Source: an uncultured delta proteobacterium
GTDB lineage: Bacteria > Myxococcota_A > Polyangia > Polyangiales > Polyangiaceae
Length of the DNA stretch: 64,000 nucleotides
Assembly (NCBI GenBank): GCA_963716725.1
Contig: CAVQUB010000013.1
Location: 64,001 to 128,000, forward strand
Direction of reading: 5' to 3'
Below, in pieces: positions 42,901-53,324 of the stretch; the stretch's first letter is position 1; every line of letters begins with the position of its first letter. The notes beneath the pieces are model-generated. The model did not search any database. It worked only from the letters and a program-made list of their open reading frames with translations, and was not told the origin of the DNA. A program made the position numbers and the translations under genes.

Positions 42901-45536
42901 CCGTCGCAGGTCTCGCCTCCGTTGCACAGATCGGCGTCGTTACAGGCAGTGCCGGCCGCCACTGGCGTGTGGACCACACCGCCCAGCGGCGAGCACGAGT
43001 CCGCGGTGCAGGGGTTGCCGTCGTCGATGGCGACCGGCGTGCCTCCGCCACACGCTCCCGTGGAACAGCTCTCTGCAACGGTGCACGCATTGCCGTCGTC
43101 GCACGAAGCGCCGTCTGCCTTCGGCGGGTTCGAGCAGATGCCGGTGGCAGGCGCGCACGTGCCCGCGTCGTGGCACTGGTCGAGCGCGGTACACGCGACC
43201 GGACTCCCTCCGGCGCAGCTGCCGGCGTTGCACGTGTCGGTCTGCGTGCAGGCGTCGCCGTCGTCGCAGCTCGCGCCGTTTGCCTTGGGCGGGTTCGAGC
43301 AGGTGCCCGTGCTCGGGTTGCACGTGCCCGCCACGTGGCACTGGTCGGTGGCAGTGCAGACGATCGGGTTCGATCCTGCGCATGCGCCGGACTGACAGCT
43401 GTCGGTCTGCGTGCAAGCGTCGCCGTCGTCGCAGTTCGAGCCGGTCGCCTTGGCGGGGTTCGTGCACGCTCCGGTAGCGGGGTTGCATGTGCCGGCGTCG
43501 TGGCACTGATCGGAGGCCGTGCAGACCACCGGATTCGAGCCGGCACACGTCCCGGCCTGACAGGTGTCGGTCTGCGTGCAGGCGTTGCCGTCGTCGCAGG
43601 CGGAACCCGTCAGCGGGGCGTGGACCACGCCGGTCTGCGGATCGCAAGAATCCGCGGTGCAGGCGTCGCCGTCATCGACGTTCGGCGGCGTTCCGGCCTG
43701 ACAGGCTCCGCCGGCGTTGCAGGTCTCGGCGCCGTTGCAGGCGTTGCCGTCGCTGCACGAGGTGCCCGCGGCGACGGGCGTGTGAGAGACGCCACTGGTC
43801 GGGTTGCACGCATCCGTCGTGCACGGGTTGCCGTCGTCGGTGGGCAGCGCGGTCCCGGCCTGGCAGCTGCCCGCACCGTCGCAGGTCTCGGCGCCGTCGC
43901 AGACGTTGCCGTTCGAGCAGCTCGCGCCCGAGGCCAGCGGGTCGTGGTGGACTTGGCCGGTGCCCGGATCGCACGAGTCCGCTGTGCAGGGATTTCCGTC
44001 GTCGATCGGGCCCGAGCACGGCGTTGTCACGTCCTTCGTCAGCTGCACGCCTTCGCCCACCGACACGTCGCGGGCGACGAACACACCGTTAGCGACGCTG
44101 CCCTGCTTGATCCAGAGCGTTCCATTGGGTGCCAGCACCCTCGCGATCAAGGTGTTGTCGAAGCCGATGGCCGCGGCCTTTGGCGTCCCGCCGAGGTTGC
44201 CGCTCGAACCGTTGATGCCCTCGACGAACACCTGCACGTCCGGCGCGCCGAGCCCCGAGCCCGTCGCTGGCCCGAGATACGCGCCTTGCCCGGGCTCCAG
44301 TCGGTTCTTGATCCGGATCTCGCACGGCGCGGCGCACTCCACGCGGCTCTTGTCGCCGAGGTTGAGTCCGCTGAGGTTGTAGATGCCGCCGCTCAGCGTG
44401 AGCACAGTGGGATCTGCGGTGGTGCCGGCCCTCAGCAGCACGTCGCCGTAGCTGCCCGCTGCGAGCGTCAGGTCTTGCTTCTGCTCCAAGGTCACCGGCG
44501 TCGTGCCCGCGCTGAACGTCGGGAACGCGGGCACGGTGATGGCGAGCGGCAGCGCCAGCGGCGTGACCGTGGCGCCGCTGATGCTGCCGTTGTTCACGAG
44601 CGTGTTCGTGCGCACGTCGCCGTTCACCGCGCCGCCCTGCTTGATGCGCACGCGGTTCGCGCTCACCGTGCCGTTGACGGTCACGTTCTGCCCCACTACC
44701 GCTTCGGCGGAGTCGGCGAGCACCGGGCCTGGGCTCGCGTCGATGACGGCGACGGTGCCGTTCACGGTGGACGTGACCGTGCTGTGCTCCTTCAGCCAGA
44801 CGCTGTTCAGCGCCACCACCGCTTCGGCGGGCCAACTCGTGCCGGTCACCCACGTCGGATCGACGACGATCGGGTAGACCAGCCCCGTCGTGTCGAGCTT
44901 GGCGATCAGGACGGCGTCGCCGCGGGTGGTGTCGAGCGTGAGCTCGAGCGCGCGCGTCGTGCCCGCCGCGTCCACGGCGTAGGCCGGCAGCGTGCGGAGC
45001 TGCGGCCGCCCCGCGTCGTCGAGGACCTCGACGCTGCCCTTCTCGAGTCGCAGCGTTCCGTTGGCCTTCAGCCGGTAGCGCGCCGTCGCGGGGGCTTTCG
45101 CAGAGCGGAGGATGCGGAGCTCCTCGAAGCGCGCGCCGTGCGCCGCGATCAAGACGTCGGTGTCGGTGAAGGCGTCGCGGTAGATGACCTTGCCGTCGTC
45201 GATCTCTGCTTGCCGGTCGGCTGCACCCTCGGATCGCAACTCGAGGTGGATCGCGTTCGCCGACAGCTTCGTCGCGCCGTCGGCGCGCGGCGGCGCGATG
45301 GCGCTGAGCGTCGCGCGACCTTGCTTCGGTTGGTTCGAGAACCCACCGGCATTTGCGGCGAGGACGCTGCCCTGCGCAAGCGCGACGGCTTGCGCGGGCA
45401 GGGTCGATCGCGCGGCGACCGGAGCGCTGGCCGACGACGAGGGTTGCGGCTCTCGATCGCCACCGCACGCGCCAACCGCGAACACAGTAATGACCGCGCC
45501 CCAGCACAGACCACGAATGCCTCGCGCCCCAGACAT
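36977..45536 (-). CDS. Giant teneurin-like Rhs/YD-repeat protein (about 2850 aa), split by a one-base frameshift at about 41266
   Basis: Signal/lipobox VGAC, Cys-rich DDGNACT repeats, NHL repeats (YIADTGNHVVRRV), YD repeats, Rhs core FGFAGG..FGARDYD..DPSG. Removing one base from the T4 run restores TWDGKDAFGRP. Confidence 0.88.
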
Positions 45537-46111
45537 ACTCGCCGCTCCCTGCGAGGCAACCCGACGCCCCGCTCATGGACGAGTACCACCGCGCGGTTCG
45601 AGTCGGGGACGAAGAGATCTGGTACGCCGCTGAAAGGTACTACCCGCGCACACAGCGCGCGACGCTTGCCTCAGCGCGCGCCACGAGGGCGTCGTCGCAT
45701 TGACACTCATTTGCACAACCTGACCGAGCTGACGGTTGCGTGACGACGCGAAGCGTGCGCCAGCTCGAATTCTCGCGCGCGCGATCGAGCAAAGCTTACG
45801 TCGCGTCACACTTGCCGAAGGCGAGCACGTGGAATGCTGGGACTCTCGCTGGCGGCCGTCTCGCCGTGGGACAGATACGACAACGAAACACCCGCGGTCC
45901 CCGCCTTCGGCGCGAACGCGCGGGTCAAGCGGCGCGCCGCCCGCTGTAGCGACAAGAGCGGTCGCAGGCCGGAGCGATTTCCTCGTGGTGTCACGTGTCA
46001 CGCGACCGCGCCGCGCCAGAGCGCGCCCACGAGCTGCGACAGTCCGCGTCGGACCTTCACGCGCGTCGGGAGCGCCTGCCGGCCCGTGGTTCGCATTTGC
46101 CAGCTCGAGCG

Positions 46112-48471
46112 CGTAAGGCAATCGAACTGCCAAATTCCACCGAGTCGAAGGGTACGCGGCGTCGATGGTCGGGTCGAGTGCTGCCCACGAACCCCTGCGG
46201 GGCGGCCGAAAGGCGCCGTTCGGCAGAGCTTCTCCGCGTCGCGCCCGGCGCAGGACACAGCTCCGCCCTCGGCGAGGCGCTCACCGACGCCTCACCCCTC
46301 CCCGAACCCCAACATCAACTGCTCGGGCACGCGCACCTTCGCGTGCTCGACCGGTGGCGCTCGCGGCCCGAGGCCATGCTCCGCGAGCAAGCGGGTGCTC
46401 TCCGCGCGCGTCTTGGCGAGCTCGGCCCAGCGCATCGGACCCGAGCAGCGCGGGCAGGTCTCGACGTCGGCGGCGAAGACATGCGCGAGCAGCCACGCCC
46501 AGCGGTTGCGCGGCGCCGGCGCGTCGTCCCGCTCGCCGAGCAGCTCGAGCTGATCGCCGCGCGCGGGAGGGGGCTTGTTCGCGGTCGCGTCGCGCGTGGG
46601 CGTCGGGACGACGCGCCGGCGCCGCGAAGAGTGGCTCGACAAGACGCCGAAGTAGCGGAGCAAATGGAATCGTGGCGGCGGCACCGCGGCGACCAGACGC
46701 GGGATGATGTCCGCGGGCTCGAACACGAGCGCGCGCGTGCCGTCCCGCCACGCCCGCTTGAAGCCGAGCTCGAGCTTGCCGTCCGCGCGGCGCTCGAGGC
46801 GGTCCTGCGCGACGGGAGGGCGTGTAATGTACTTGCAGAGCCGCTCCACTCTCCGGCGATCCCGGCCGTCCACGACCTGCACGGCGTGGATGTTGATGCC
46901 GCGGACCTCGGCGATGGGCTGGTCGGTCGCGTCGACGATGGGCTGGTCGGTCGCGTCGACGGCGCGAGGGCGCGCGGGTGGCTCCGGCGACGCGATGAGT
47001 CGGAGCGGCGGCTGGCCGGCGCGGTCTCCGCTGACCGAGATGCCCCGGGCCGCAGCGGCGTAGCAGGCAGCGAGGCCGGGCTCGTCGAGGGCGAGGTCGG
47101 GTGGTGAGCCGTCGTCGAGCTCGGGGTCGAGGCTCCGTCCGTGCGCGCGCAGGATCTTCTCGATGCGTGTCGCCGTGCGTGACGCGACCTCCGCGATGTC
47201 GGCGTGCGATGGCGTGTCGAGCTCGGCACCGAGCATGCGCGGTAGCGCGTCGGGTATGATCTGCCACGACACCCCGAACCGATCGGTGGCGCGTAAGGCA
47301 ATCGAACTGCCAAATTCCACCGAGTCGAAGGGTACGCGGCGTCGATGGTCGGGTCGAGTGCTGCCCACGAACCCCTGCGGGGCGGCCGAAAGGCGCCGTT
47401 CGGCAGAGCTTCTCCGCGTCGCGCCCGGCGCAGGACACAGCTCCGCCCTCGGCGAGGCGCTCACCGACGCCTCACCCCTCCCCGAACCCCAACATCAACT
47501 GCTCGGGCACGCGCACCTTCGCGTGCTCGACCGGTGGCGCTCGCGGCCCGAGGCCATGCTCCGCGAGCAAGCGGGTGCTCTCCGCGCGCGTCTTGGCGAG
47601 CTCGGCCCAGCGCATCGGACCCGAGCAGCGCGGGCAGGTCTCGACGTCGGCGGCGAAGACATGCGCGAGCAGCCACGCCCAGCGGTTGCGCGGCGCCGGC
47701 GCGTCGTCCCGCTCGCCGAGCAGCTCGAGCTGATCGCCGCGCGCGGGAGGGGGCTTGTTCGCGGTCGCGTCGCGCGTGGGCGTCGGGACGACGCGCCGGC
47801 GCCGCGAAGAGTGGCTCGACAAGACGCCGAAGTAGCGGAGCAAATGGAATCGTGGCGGCGGCACCGCGGCGACCAGACGCGGGATGATGTCCGCGGGCTC
47901 GAACACGAGCGCGCGCGTGCCGTCCCGCCACGCCCGCTTGAAGCCGAGCTCGAGCTTGCCGTCCGCGCGGCGCTCGAGGCGGTCCTGCGCGACGGGAGGG
48001 CGTGTAATGTACTTGCAGAGCCGCTCCACTCTCCGGCGATCCCGGCCGTCCACGACCTGCACGGCGTGGATGTTGATGCCGCGGACCTCGGCGATGGGCT
48101 GGTCGGTCGCGTCGACGATGGGCTGGTCGGTCGCGTCGACGGCGCGAGGGCGCGCGGGTGGCTCCGGCGACGCGATGAGTCGGAGCGGCGGCTGGCCGGC
48201 GCGGTCTCCGCTGACCGAGATGCCCCGGGCCGCAGCGGCGTAGCAGGCAGCGAGGCCGGGCTCGTCGAGGGCGAGGTCGGGTGGTGAGCCGTCGTCGAGC
48301 TCGGGGTCGAGGCTCCGTCCGTGCGCGCGCAGGATCTTCTCGATGCGTGTCGCCGTGCGTGACGCGACCTCCGCGATGTCGGCGTGCGATGGCGTGTCGA
48401 GCTCGGCACCGAGCATGCGCGGTAGCGCGTCGGGTATGATCTGCCACGACACCCCGAACCGATTGGTGGCG
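46112..48471 (-). repeat. Two tandem 1180-bp units: 3' 1.1 kb of the IS91-like element plus 66 bp of foreign DNA
   Basis: Units 46112-47291 and 47292-48471 look identical except C/T at 47284/48464; a full copy follows. Confidence 0.93.
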
Positions 48472-50330
48472 CGTAAGGCAATCGAACTGCCAAATTCCAC
48501 CGAGTCGAAGGGTACGCGGCGTCGATGGTCGGGTCGAGTGCTGCCCACGAACCCCTGCGGGGCGGCCGAAAGGCGCCGTTCGGCAGAGCTTCTCCGCGTC
48601 GCGCCCGGCGCAGGACACAGCTCCGCCCTCGGCGAGGCGCTCACCGACGCCTCACCCCTCCCCGAACCCCAACATCAACTGCTCGGGCACGCGCACCTTC
48701 GCGTGCTCGACCGGTGGCGCTCGCGGCCCGAGGCCATGCTCCGCGAGCAAGCGGGTGCTCTCCGCGCGCGTCTTGGCGAGCTCGGCCCAGCGCATCGGAC
48801 CCGAGCAGCGCGGGCAGGTCTCGACGTCGGCGGCGAAGACATGCGCGAGCAGCCACGCCCAGCGGTTGCGCGGCGCCGGCGCGTCGTCCCGCTCGCCGAG
48901 CAGCTCGAGCTGATCGCCGCGCGCGGGAGGGGGCTTGTTCGCGGTCGCGTCGCGCGTGGGCGTCGGGACGACGCGCCGGCGCCGCGAAGAGTGGCTCGAC
49001 AAGACGCCGAAGTAGCGGAGCAAATGGAATCGTGGCGGCGGCACCGCGGCGACCAGACGCGGGATGATGTCCGCGGGCTCGAACACGAGCGCGCGCGTGC
49101 CGTCCCGCCACGCCCGCTTGAAGCCGAGCTCGAGCTTGCCGTCCGCGCGGCGCTCGAGGCGGTCCTGCGCGACGGGAGGGCGTGTAATGTACTTGCAGAG
49201 CCGCTCCACTCTCCGGCGATCCCGGCCGTCCACGACCTGCACGGCGTGGATGTTGATGCCGCGGACCTCGGCGATGGGCTGGTCGGTCGCGTCGACGATG
49301 GGCTGGTCGGTCGCGTCGACGGCGCGAGGGCGCGCGGGTGGCTCCGGCGACGCGATGAGTCGGAGCGGCGGCTGGCCGGCGCGGTCTCCGCTGACCGAGA
49401 TGCCCCGGGCCGCAGCGGCGTAGCAGGCAGCGAGGCCGGGCTCGTCGAGGGCGAGGTCGGGTGGTGAGCCGTCGTCGAGCTCGGGGTCGAGGCTCCGTCC
49501 GTGCGCGCGCAGGATCTTCTCGATGCGTGTCGCCGTGCGTGACGCGACCTCCGCGATGTCGGCGTGCGATGGCGTGTCGAGCTCGCGGAACTCGAGCGGA
49601 GCGCTCGGGTCGTCGTCCTGATGCACGTACACGCCGTCGAGCACGAGCGCGTGGAAGTGGACGTTGAGCCGGAGGGCGCTGTCCGCGCGCTGTACGGCCA
49701 CCACCGCGCCCGTGTGGGCGACCGCCATGCTGCCGAGGCCGAGCTCACGCTTCGCTCGCCAGCGCAGCGAGCGGTCCACCTCAGCCATGAACGCGCTCAC
49801 GACCTCGGCGCAGAGCTTGCGGTCGTAGCCGAGCAAGGCGCGCAGGCCCCACGGCAGCGAGCAGATCCAGTGACGGATGGGCACGCGCGGCAGGACGCTT
49901 TGCTCCAAGTGGACGGCGGTGTCCGCCATCCGACGACCGAGGCAAGAGGGGCAGAATCCCCTCTTCTTGCAGCTCAGCGCCACCAGCTCGGAGTACCCGC
50001 ATTTGCGGCAAACCAGATGCAGACAGCCCCGCTCCAGCCGCCCGCAGCGAAGGTACTCCTCGAACTCCTTCACCACGAAGCGCGGCAAGCCGCCGTGCTC
50101 TTCGGCGCGCTCGAGGAACTTCGGCCAGTGCGCTTCGACCGTCTGATAGAGCACGGTGCTCTCCGGCCGGTGACGGAGACGCGACCGCTCGGGCTTGGGG
50201 AAGGCGTGCGCGGGGTGGCCCACGTCACGGGCGCATCAGCGAGCGGCGTGCCAGCGGGATGAGGGCAAAAACCCGCTGGATTTGCCCCTCGCGAGGTGGC
50301 GAAGTGGCGAAGTCAGGTGGCGGTCGGCGA
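48472..50330 (-). mobile_element. IS91-like rolling-circle element, apparently complete (upstream end approximate)
   Basis: Downstream end CGTAAGGCAATCGAACTGCC; upstream motif GGCGAAGTGGCGAAGTCAGGTGGCG shared with copy A (about 21755-21779). Confidence 0.85.
48652..50223 (-). CDS. IS91-family (Y2/HUH) transposase, intact
   Basis: Zn-binding C..C / SCKKRGFCPSC, HUH motif LNVHFHALVLDG, CKYITRP, HLLRYFGVLS. Confidence 0.93.
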   Translation of the reverse strand: MGHPAHAFPKPERSRLRHRPESTVLYQTVEAHWPKFLERAEEHGGLPRFVVKEFEEYLRCGRLERGCLHLVCRKCGYSELVALSCKKRGFCPSCLGRRMADTAVHLEQSVLPRVPIRHWICSLPWGLRALLGYDRKLCAEVVSAFMAEVDRSLRWRAKRELGLGSMAVAHTGAVVAVQRADSALRLNVHFHALVLDGVYVHQDDDPSAPLEFRELDTPSHADIAEVASRTATRIEKILRAHGRSLDPELDDGSPPDLALDEPGLAACYAAAARGISVSGDRAGQPPLRLIASPEPPARPRAVDATDQPIVDATDQPIAEVRGINIHAVQVVDGRDRRRVERLCKYITRPPVAQDRLERRADGKLELGFKRAWRDGTRALVFEPADIIPRLVAAVPPPRFHLLRYFGVLSSHSSRRRRVVPTPTRDATANKPPPARGDQLELLGERDDAPAPRNRWAWLLAHVFAADVETCPRCSGPMRWAELAKTRAESTRLLAEHGLGPRAPPVEHAKVRVPEQLMLGFGEG

Positions 50331-50480
50331 CCATGGGCGCGGGGGCGCTCCTTGGAGTCGAGGTCGGCGGCTCGCCCGCCCCGACCGACCCGGTCAGTCG
50401 AGAGGCAGCCCGAAGGCACCACCATCCAGGTCGGCCTCGACGGCGAGACGTTCACGTTCACGGCGTGAGGGTGGGCGGGC

Positions 50481-50703
50481 GGAGCGTCGTGCTCTTCCCG
50501 CTCCCGTTGGCGCCCAGGAGGGCGACGGACTGCCCCGCTTCGACCTCGAAGCTGACGTCGCTGAGCGCCCAATAGAGGTCTTCGGACTCGATCTCCGCGG
50601 CGCGCCCCGGCCACATCTCGCGCAAGATGAAGGACGCCAGGTGCCGGCGACGATACGCCTTGCTGACCTCTTGGAAGCGGACGGCCAGCGTAGGTTCAGA
50701 CAT
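50481..50703 (-). pseudogene. ABC exporter ATP-binding subunit (Wzt/TagH-like), truncated just after Walker A
   Basis: WALSDVSFEVEAGQSVALLGANGSGKSTTLR followed by unrelated sequence. Confidence 0.85.
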
Positions 50704-51619
50704 GATCGGCCACGACGTGCGCGAAGCGACCGTAGACCAAGGTGCCCAAGACCAGCACGCCCACGCAGCCGCAGACTGCGGCTCCGAGCACGCTGGCGGG
50801 TGGCATTTGGCCGTTGAGCACGATGTCGCGGATGCACTGGATCAGCGAGGCCATGGGATTGAGCAGCATCAACTGGCGCGGGAGTCCTTGGAGCTTCTCC
50901 AACGGATACGCGATGGGCGTCGCCCAGAAGAGCACCACCAGGGCCGAGTTCACGATGTAGCCGACGTCCCGGTAGACCACGTTCAGGACTCCACTCGTCA
51001 GCGCGAGGCCGAGACCCAGTGCCACGAGCAACAGCACGATCAAGGGCAGGGCCAGGAGCGCGGCCGAGACCTGGAACGCTTCGGGGTAGAAGGCGATCAA
51101 GGGCAGGATGCTCAGCGCCGCGAACCCGAGGTTGATCACGTGGGACAAGACTGTGCCGAGGGCGACGATCCAGGCGGGGACGCTGGTGTGCTTGATCACC
51201 TGAGCGTGATGCAGGAAGCATGTCGTCCCGTCAGTCCAGGCGTGGGACAAGAAGTGCCAAGGCACGAGCCCCAGCATCAGGAACACCGGGTACGCCCGGA
51301 GGTCTCCGGGGAAGATCAGCCCGAAGAACACGCTCATCACGATCATCAGGATGATCGGGTTGGCCATGGGCCAAAGCAGACCCAGGGCTTGGGCGCGGTA
51401 GGCCGCCCGAAAGCGCCCGATCGTGAACGCTTCCAGTGCGTGAACGTGCTCGCGGAGCTCGATCGAGGCGTTGCGGAGCCGCGACCGCTGTCGGGCGCGA
51501 TCGCCAAAGACCGTCCCATCGGGGGTGTGGTGCCGCCACGTCGCGTCTCGGCTGGTCACCCGGCGATCCTTACCTCCCCGCGGCGTCGGCGGAAACGGGT
51601 TAGAGTCCGGAGCGCGCAT
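50696..51619 (-). CDS. ABC-2 polysaccharide exporter permease (Wzm-like); start uncertain
   Basis: YRAQALGLLW..NP, LNVVYRDVGYI, FWATPIAYP, LNPMASLIQCIR. Confidence 0.85.
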   Translation of the reverse strand: MRAPDSNPFPPTPRGGKDRRVTSRDATWRHHTPDGTVFGDRARQRSRLRNASIELREHVHALEAFTIGRFRAAYRAQALGLLWPMANPIILMIVMSVFFGLIFPGDLRAYPVFLMLGLVPWHFLSHAWTDGTTCFLHHAQVIKHTSVPAWIVALGTVLSHVINLGFAALSILPLIAFYPEAFQVSAALLALPLIVLLLVALGLGLALTSGVLNVVYRDVGYIVNSALVVLFWATPIAYPLEKLQGLPRQLMLLNPMASLIQCIRDIVLNGQMPPASVLGAAVCGCVGVLVLGTLVYGRFAHVVADHV

Positions 51620-51636
51620 CGGGCAAATGCCGGGTT

Positions 51637-52065
51637 TTAGCCAGTACGATGAGTCCGCGCTCGTGCGCCCGGTACTTCTGCACCGTTCGCTTGGCGACGT
51701 GGATGCCGAGTTTCAGGAGCTCTCCGCGGATCGGAGCGCATCGGCCGCGAGCCCGACCAGCACAGGCTGGGTCGTCGCCGCTGCACGCGCGATCGAGCGA
51801 CGCGTCGGGCGAGAAGCCCGGACCACGGCGCAGACGTCGCCGCACGCTGAAAGGAACGAGCCAACGCCGCGATGCACGAGATGCAGCGGTGCGCTCGCCG
51901 CGCGCGCCCCGACGAGCTGCGCATCGCGCCATCGCCCGATGAGCGCTCGATCTTCCGGCTTCACGCGGGGCCCGTTGACTGCGACGCCGACTTCCGCGCG
52001 AGTAGAGCCGAAACCCGTGACGGTGCCAGCGCGTGATCGTTCGGGTCGGCAAGAGCGCGTTCGCC
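51637..52065 (-). pseudogene. Degenerate integrase/transposase remnant
   Basis: TITRWHRHGFRLY and IRGELLKLGIHVAKRTVQKY resemble N-terminal motifs of integrase-core transposases. Confidence 0.6.
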
Positions 52066-52351
52066 CAGTGACGTGCGAAAGCGGCTTCGTGCACCCGGAC
52101 ATGCTCGGCGCGCTGCGCATCGAGTGGCTCCCCACCGTTGACGCAGCTCGCGCCGTGCACAAGCGCAACGCCACCGACGAGCGCGTGGTCGCAGACCAGC
52201 GCGGGCGTCGCGTGCTCACGATCTGGGCAGAGCCCCGGGGGCAGCAGGTGTTCGACCGGTCAACCGCGGAGCGGGTCTTCAGGCTCTTGCTGAGCGGCGA
52301 GGGCGCGCCGCGCGAAGACTGAGACGCGTTGCTCCGCCGTCGCAGGTCGAA

Positions 52352-53150
52352 TCACTGTGGGCGGTGCCGGTAGCGGCCGTGGGGGCGCAGGCGTCGAGCC
52401 GCGGTAGAGTCCTTGCGGAGGTTCACCCGGAAGCCCCAGCCCTCGCGGCTCTCGAGGATCCACGCCAGCTCGCCCAGCGCCGCGCGCAGGCGCAGCACCC
52501 ACAGGCGGACGCGCTCTGCTTCGGCAGGAGCCTCGGCGGGGGACAGCTCCCTGGCGATGACCTCTGCCGTGACCCACGCGCCGCGGCGCTGGAGCAACAA
52601 GAGCAGAAGCGCGTAGCCCTGTGGCGTCAGCTTTACGGGTCGATCGTCGAACCGCACCACGCGCGGCTCTGGGTCGAGCTGCACCCGGATCTCTTCGGAG
52701 GCGGGGTCGCCGGACAGGCGGCGGATCAGGCTCGCTACCTGGACCGGAAAGACCTGCGGATCGAGGGGCAGCGACAACCACAGGTGAGCGCCCCCGCGGT
52801 ATCCATCGACCACCACGCTCTTCGCCGCCGCGTGGGCAGCCACGACGATCAGGCCGAAAAACCCGCTCTGCGCGAGCTCCGCGGCCCGCACTGCGCCCCA
52901 GCGTCCGTCGCTTGCCGTCGGCGAGCAGCACCGCCTCGGCGCTGTCGCTGGCGCTCTGCCCGGCGGGCTGAAACCAGATCAAGGGCTTACCCAGCGCGCG
53001 ACCGTCTGCCGCGTGGATCTGCTCGAGTGCGAGCGCCTCGACATCGCGCGTCTCGACCACGACGAGCGGCATGCGAAGCACGCGCGTTCCCGACCCGAAC
53101 TGCGATTGCTTCACGGGCCGGAGCATACCGAGGCGCATGACACGTGTCAT
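52352..53150 (-). CDS. OmpR-type winged-helix regulator with degenerate receiver domain, probable frameshift near 52895
   Basis: C-terminal VKLTPQGYALLLLL..VT...LRLRAALG..ILESREGWGFR. The N-terminal part appears to be in another frame. Confidence 0.6.
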
Positions 53151-53242
53151 GCGACCGATGCAACGCGCGTTGCGAGCGGAGTGGTGCAAGCGCGCGAAGC
53201 TGCGTGCCGCGTGTCTCCCAAAATGAAACGCGCGTTTCATTT
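53134..53242. promoter_or_regulatory. Three perfect palindromes between divergent genes
   Basis: CGCATGACACGTGTCATGCG (53134-53153), GCAACGCGCGTTGC (53160-53173), AAATGAAACGCGCGTTTCATTT (53221-53242). Confidence 0.55.
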
Positions 53243-53324
53243 CGACGCTCGCCACGCGGATGCCATCGCAGAGTTGCTTGCGTGAAGCGTCGCCAATCGC
53301 GCAACGTGCGCTCGGAGGCAACGC

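Noticed and set aside
42525..45743. Long plus-strand ORF (1072 aa) and other long antisense ORFs such as 37193..39340 and 14739..16769
   Set aside because: Shadow ORFs opposite real genes in high-GC DNA, with no recognisable motifs.
46292..48644. 390-aa ORFs as novel fusion transposases
   Set aside because: They result from read-through across tandem junctions and lack the Zn-binding and HUH motifs.
49273..49320. 24-bp in-frame tandem duplication in the intact transposase (DATDQPI repeated)
   Set aside because: Simple slippage in a linker region, unrelated to the 27-nt element.
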